Positions 60,691 through 64,000 of a stretch of DNA of 64,000 nucleotides are shown here, piece after piece. Origin of the DNA: Andalucia godoyi And28 (taxonomy: Eukaryota; Protista; Jakobida). How positions within the stretch are numbered: the stretch's first letter is position 1; every line of letters starts with the position of its first letter. The notes beneath the pieces are model-generated. The model saw only the letters and a list, made by a program, of their open reading frames with translations, was not told the DNA's origin and did not search any database. Position numbers and translations under genes: made by a program. The stretch covers positions 82,721 through 146,720 of the forward strand of contig VRVR01000043.1 in NCBI GenBank assembly GCA_009859145.1, given 5' to 3'.

Positions 60691-63412
60691 GAATCAAAAT
60701 ACCTGTCCAAGGTTGTTTTCTGCTTTTGTTGCACAGTAGTGCAACGTGGAAGAATGGACAATCCTCTTTCCTTCGCAATGGGAAATTAAAAAAGTACTCG
60801 TGGAACAACCTATGATATGATCAACTTCTTTTAGAAAACGTTCCATACTGCGTCTCGCATCATTTACTTGCAGAAACCGAAAACGACTGCAAAATGCGGT
60901 ACCGCCGAACTCCGACACGAAACACCTATGATGCATCATTGTTAGAACATGCACACTTTCTAATTAAAGGGAGGAATTTTCGCATCTATCTCTGGAAACC
61001 CCGGAGAGGAAAAAAACATTGGCGAAACACCAGGGAGAACGTGAATTAGAAGACCAATCTTGTGACCTCTTCGCTACGGCATTCGGCGCCGTCCTAAAAA
61101 AACTTCATTCAACATGACATCCGCACTAAACTCCGAACACATGCACCTCGCGCCATCCGGCTGAAAAGACAGAGAGTGTCAAGAAGAGAAAACTGCCAAA
61201 CATCAGTGAACGGCGGAAAGGTGCAGAATATCAAGTAAAAATGGGCTGGCGAGGAACATCGACGCAAACAAGTAAGAAAATAAGAAAGAAACAGCGCACA
61301 GGCAGCTGAGAAGAGAAGATCTGGACTGAAAGAAGTTGGAATCCGAAAGGACTGACACAGAACTACGCAACACAGTCAGGAAGAAAACGGCGAAAAACGA
61401 CTGTTTTAACGACAACAAAACCGCACAGTTAGTTCGCACAAACTGCTGAATCTTCAGTAGTTTCGAACAACAAAGGCAGAATTGGAAGCACGAAACGGTG
61501 AACAGGCAGAGTTCTGCCTACGGGTGACGTTCAGAACGTTCGCTTCTAGCCAGGCAGCGTTTCTAAACGATCCGTTGATATTGTCCAGATGCACGATGCC
61601 GTTGATGCTGGAAGAGAATATTGAATGCGAAGATATTGCAACAGTGAACGCAATGCATTCTTCATATTTCCAACCGTGGACAGTATCCGCAGAATTCTTT
61701 GCTGAACAGACGGTTAACACTGTCTTTTGATCCCGCATCACATTTCAAAAATCCGAAGCAGCAAGAATTGGACCATGAAACTGTGAGGGGATTGAAATCT
61801 CAACATTCAAATGATTCCAACCTGTGTATTTAGGAGAATTTCATACGTGCAGTTCCAAGAATTATGATTTCACACAAATTCAAAATGACTATGGTGCACT
61901 ATCATGTGAAAGCTGGTTCTTTTATGTTGATTCCGTACACTCTTGCTCGCAACATTGCTCCATTTCCATGTACTGTGTTGGAAATGCACATCGAAGCAAT
62001 CCACAAGCAGCGATAACTGTCTGGTGCTGTGTCTCCCATTAGCGTCGTCCAACAAGGTTTGCTCATCAAATTCCACATAATGTCGAAATATGTACTTCGA
62101 TTCCTGTTTTCCTTCTATTTTTGCAGTTTGTTTTTCTTGCATCTGATTGATTAGCCGCAGATAGCACCTTTAGTGGGTTTGTCTCTTTCGATGTTTTCCC
62201 GGCTGTTGTCCTCTATTCAGAAGAAGCTTGTTTAAAAATCCGGAACGTAGCCAGATCCATTTTCTGCAGTCTTATCCAGAATACTGAAATAGCACTCTCC
62301 ATTTCTTCACTGGCTGTTGGCCTGCTACGTTTTTGGTGTTTGCCGGAATCTGTGAAACGTTTTTGTGGAGCTGGCAGCTTGTGCGTGTCGAACTTTTGGG
62401 ACGACGGGTGACGTTCTCCATTCACATCTTGCATTTGCCGATTAGCAGTTGCAACAATTTATGACGTCGTTGTGTTTGCCATATCCGGCCGCTTTTGCTT
62501 TAGCGACACCGTGATGTCCTATGAATGTGGGATTTTTTGAGTTCCGCCGTCTCTTCCAACATTACACTGCATTTTCTGGTACAGAACTTTCCCGCTAATC
62601 TGTTCATTACTATTTCTCTCTCTTTGGACAACTTCTTTTCCCACGGTCAGTCGTCTTTCTGTTTTCGGTGCTTTTCTTGAGCTTCTGCAACTGTTGCCGT
62701 TTGGTTCTCACATGATTTTCCTCCAAATTTTTATCGACTGTGATTCGTTTACCTATTAATCTTTTAACTTTTCCGTTGTATTATGGATGTTCGTAATCTC
62801 TTTTATGAAGTCCGTAGCCACGTTTGCATTAACTCTGGGCTTCGGTCATTCTTCCATCCCCAAAACTCACAGTTGGTCTGGATTACTATTGGTGCAACGA
62901 TGTAATAGGACTCATGCCCCGTCGCTGTCGGGATGCACGATCAAGTATTCCCAGCAGAAGTTGGTTTATCTGCTGGCACAGTGATCGGCTTTCATACTGC
63001 TGCAGCCCCGGAGTCCCGATTTTCTGAAGTTTTTACCATTTTTGTCAAGTGTTTCTCTTCTTTGATTCGGCGCGATTCTCCGTTTTCCTTTTCATGTTCA
63101 GTGTTGTCAGGTGATTGTCATTTGTTCATTGCTTTTACAATGCGATGGCCGGGCTCCCGCCGACCCCCCCTGCCAGCTGTCGTTTTATTTTGTCTTCATC
63201 TGCTTGCATTCCTGTCCTCTTGCATGAGCAGACTGCTGTTACCATCAATCTCCTCATTGCAAACGGACTGGTTTTGCGATAGGGGATGATTCTTCTGTTT
63301 TGTTTCCCCCCTGCGATTCAAGAAATGGAAATCAACGAAATCGATTGTTTAAAGCGAAGTTGTCAAAAATCAACAGTCAGGGTCAAAAAGGTTTTTAGGG
63401 CTGTTGTTTGTG

Positions 63413-64000
63413 ATGGATCCGTCGAATAGCAGACTCACCGAAGCCTCGGACAGAAAAGTTCGATTTTCCGGAACTTCGGATTACTCAGCTGCTGCGCGTG
63501 TGGCGGATGTGAGCATATCAGCTTCGGATCTTAGACGTGCTTCGGCGTATCCTGTTTCCATGTCTCCGAAACCAGAAGCTGATTTGCGACCGATAGACCG
63601 ACTCCCAACACCTGGGTTGGGGTCAAGAAAACCACCAGCACCTCGCAGCCCTTCCCCAGGATGGGTTGAAGGGATGGACGGTCTTGGGGTTGTAAATCTC
63701 CCATCAATGTCACGTTCAAGTACACTTGGTTTGCGTCAATCACAGGAAAATTTGGATACCTCATGGACAAATGTTTCACAGATCATCCGTGCGACTGAGG
63801 ATTCTAGAAAGGCGAGAGCCAAAACCTATGACGAATTTGTCAAATTCATCGCAAGTTCCTCGAACGTTGGTGGAGAGTTGTCTGCCAAAGACGTTCTAAC
63901 GCTTGCAGCTTTCCCTGTTTCGGAGCATTTTCAAGGAATTCTTGGACTGGAGTTGGAGGCTTTGCGGTCACTCGCAAAGGTTGTGTCAGTTCATGGTGGA
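63413..64000 (+). CDS. 5' part of a protein-coding gene running off the window end (196 codons, no stop)
   Basis: Manual translation MDPSNSRLTEASDRKVRFSG...DTSWTNVSQIIRA...KTYDEFVKFIASSSNVGGELS...VHGG is open to position 64000. It is not in the ORF track because it has no stop. Confidence 0.75.
   Translation, partial: MDPSNSRLTEASDRKVRFSGTSDYSAAARVADVSISASDLRRASAYPVSMSPKPEADLRPIDRLPTPGLGSRKPPAPRSPSPGWVEGMDGLGVVNLPSMSRSSTLGLRQSQENLDTSWTNVSQIIRATEDSRKARAKTYDEFVKFIASSSNVGGELSAKDVLTLAAFPVSEHFQGILGLELEALRSLAKVVSVHGG

Noticed and set aside
1-64000. Non-standard genetic code or selenoprotein recoding
   Set aside because: Conserved genes end at TAA, TAG and TGA at their expected C-termini and have no internal stops. 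No CxxU/UxxC context or SECIS-like element was recognised.
1-64000. tRNA, rRNA, spliceosomal snRNA, CRISPR array, intact transposon
   Set aside because: By eye I found no T-loop/D-loop tRNA pattern, snRNA signature, repeat-spacer array, or transposase/RT/integrase motif. A covariance-model scan was not possible, so small ncRNAs could be missed.

Overview
This is eukaryotic nuclear DNA: gene-dense (about 27 supportable protein-coding genes in 64 kb), roughly 50% GC in coding sequence, standard genetic code, and very intron-poor. Only two well-supported introns were found, both near gene 5' ends. Intergenic gaps are short and rich in microsatellites and homopolymers. The gene content fits a free-living protist, probably a flagellate; that lineage call is inference only. 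Recognisable genes: WBP4-like U1 zinc-finger protein (spliced), APC1, TMEM223-like protein, papain-like protein, PMCA-type Ca2+-ATPase, sigma-class GST, roadblock/LC7 dynein light chain, mitochondrial bL33 (absent from the ORF track), DPH2 (spliced), divergent U2AF65, PHO80/CYCU-type cyclin, PATROL1/Unc13-like MUN protein, Furry/MOR2-like protein, Nur1/Mug154-like protein, HDDC2, UXS1, PTPA and cofactor-dependent phosphoglycerate mutase. There are also several orphan genes. The strongest leads are: (i) a 592-aa protein with the helix order and C-terminal signature of insect gustatory/odorant-receptor-like 7TM ion channels; (ii) a 3358-aa single-pass receptor-like protein with a Cys-repeat ectodomain and a periodic cytoplasmic coiled coil; (iii) a secreted papain homologue whose catalytic Cys is replaced by Thr; and (iv) a U2AF65 lacking a real RS domain in an intron-poor genome. 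No rRNA, tRNA, CRISPR array or intact mobile element was seen. All family assignments come from motif recognition by eye; no database search was run.
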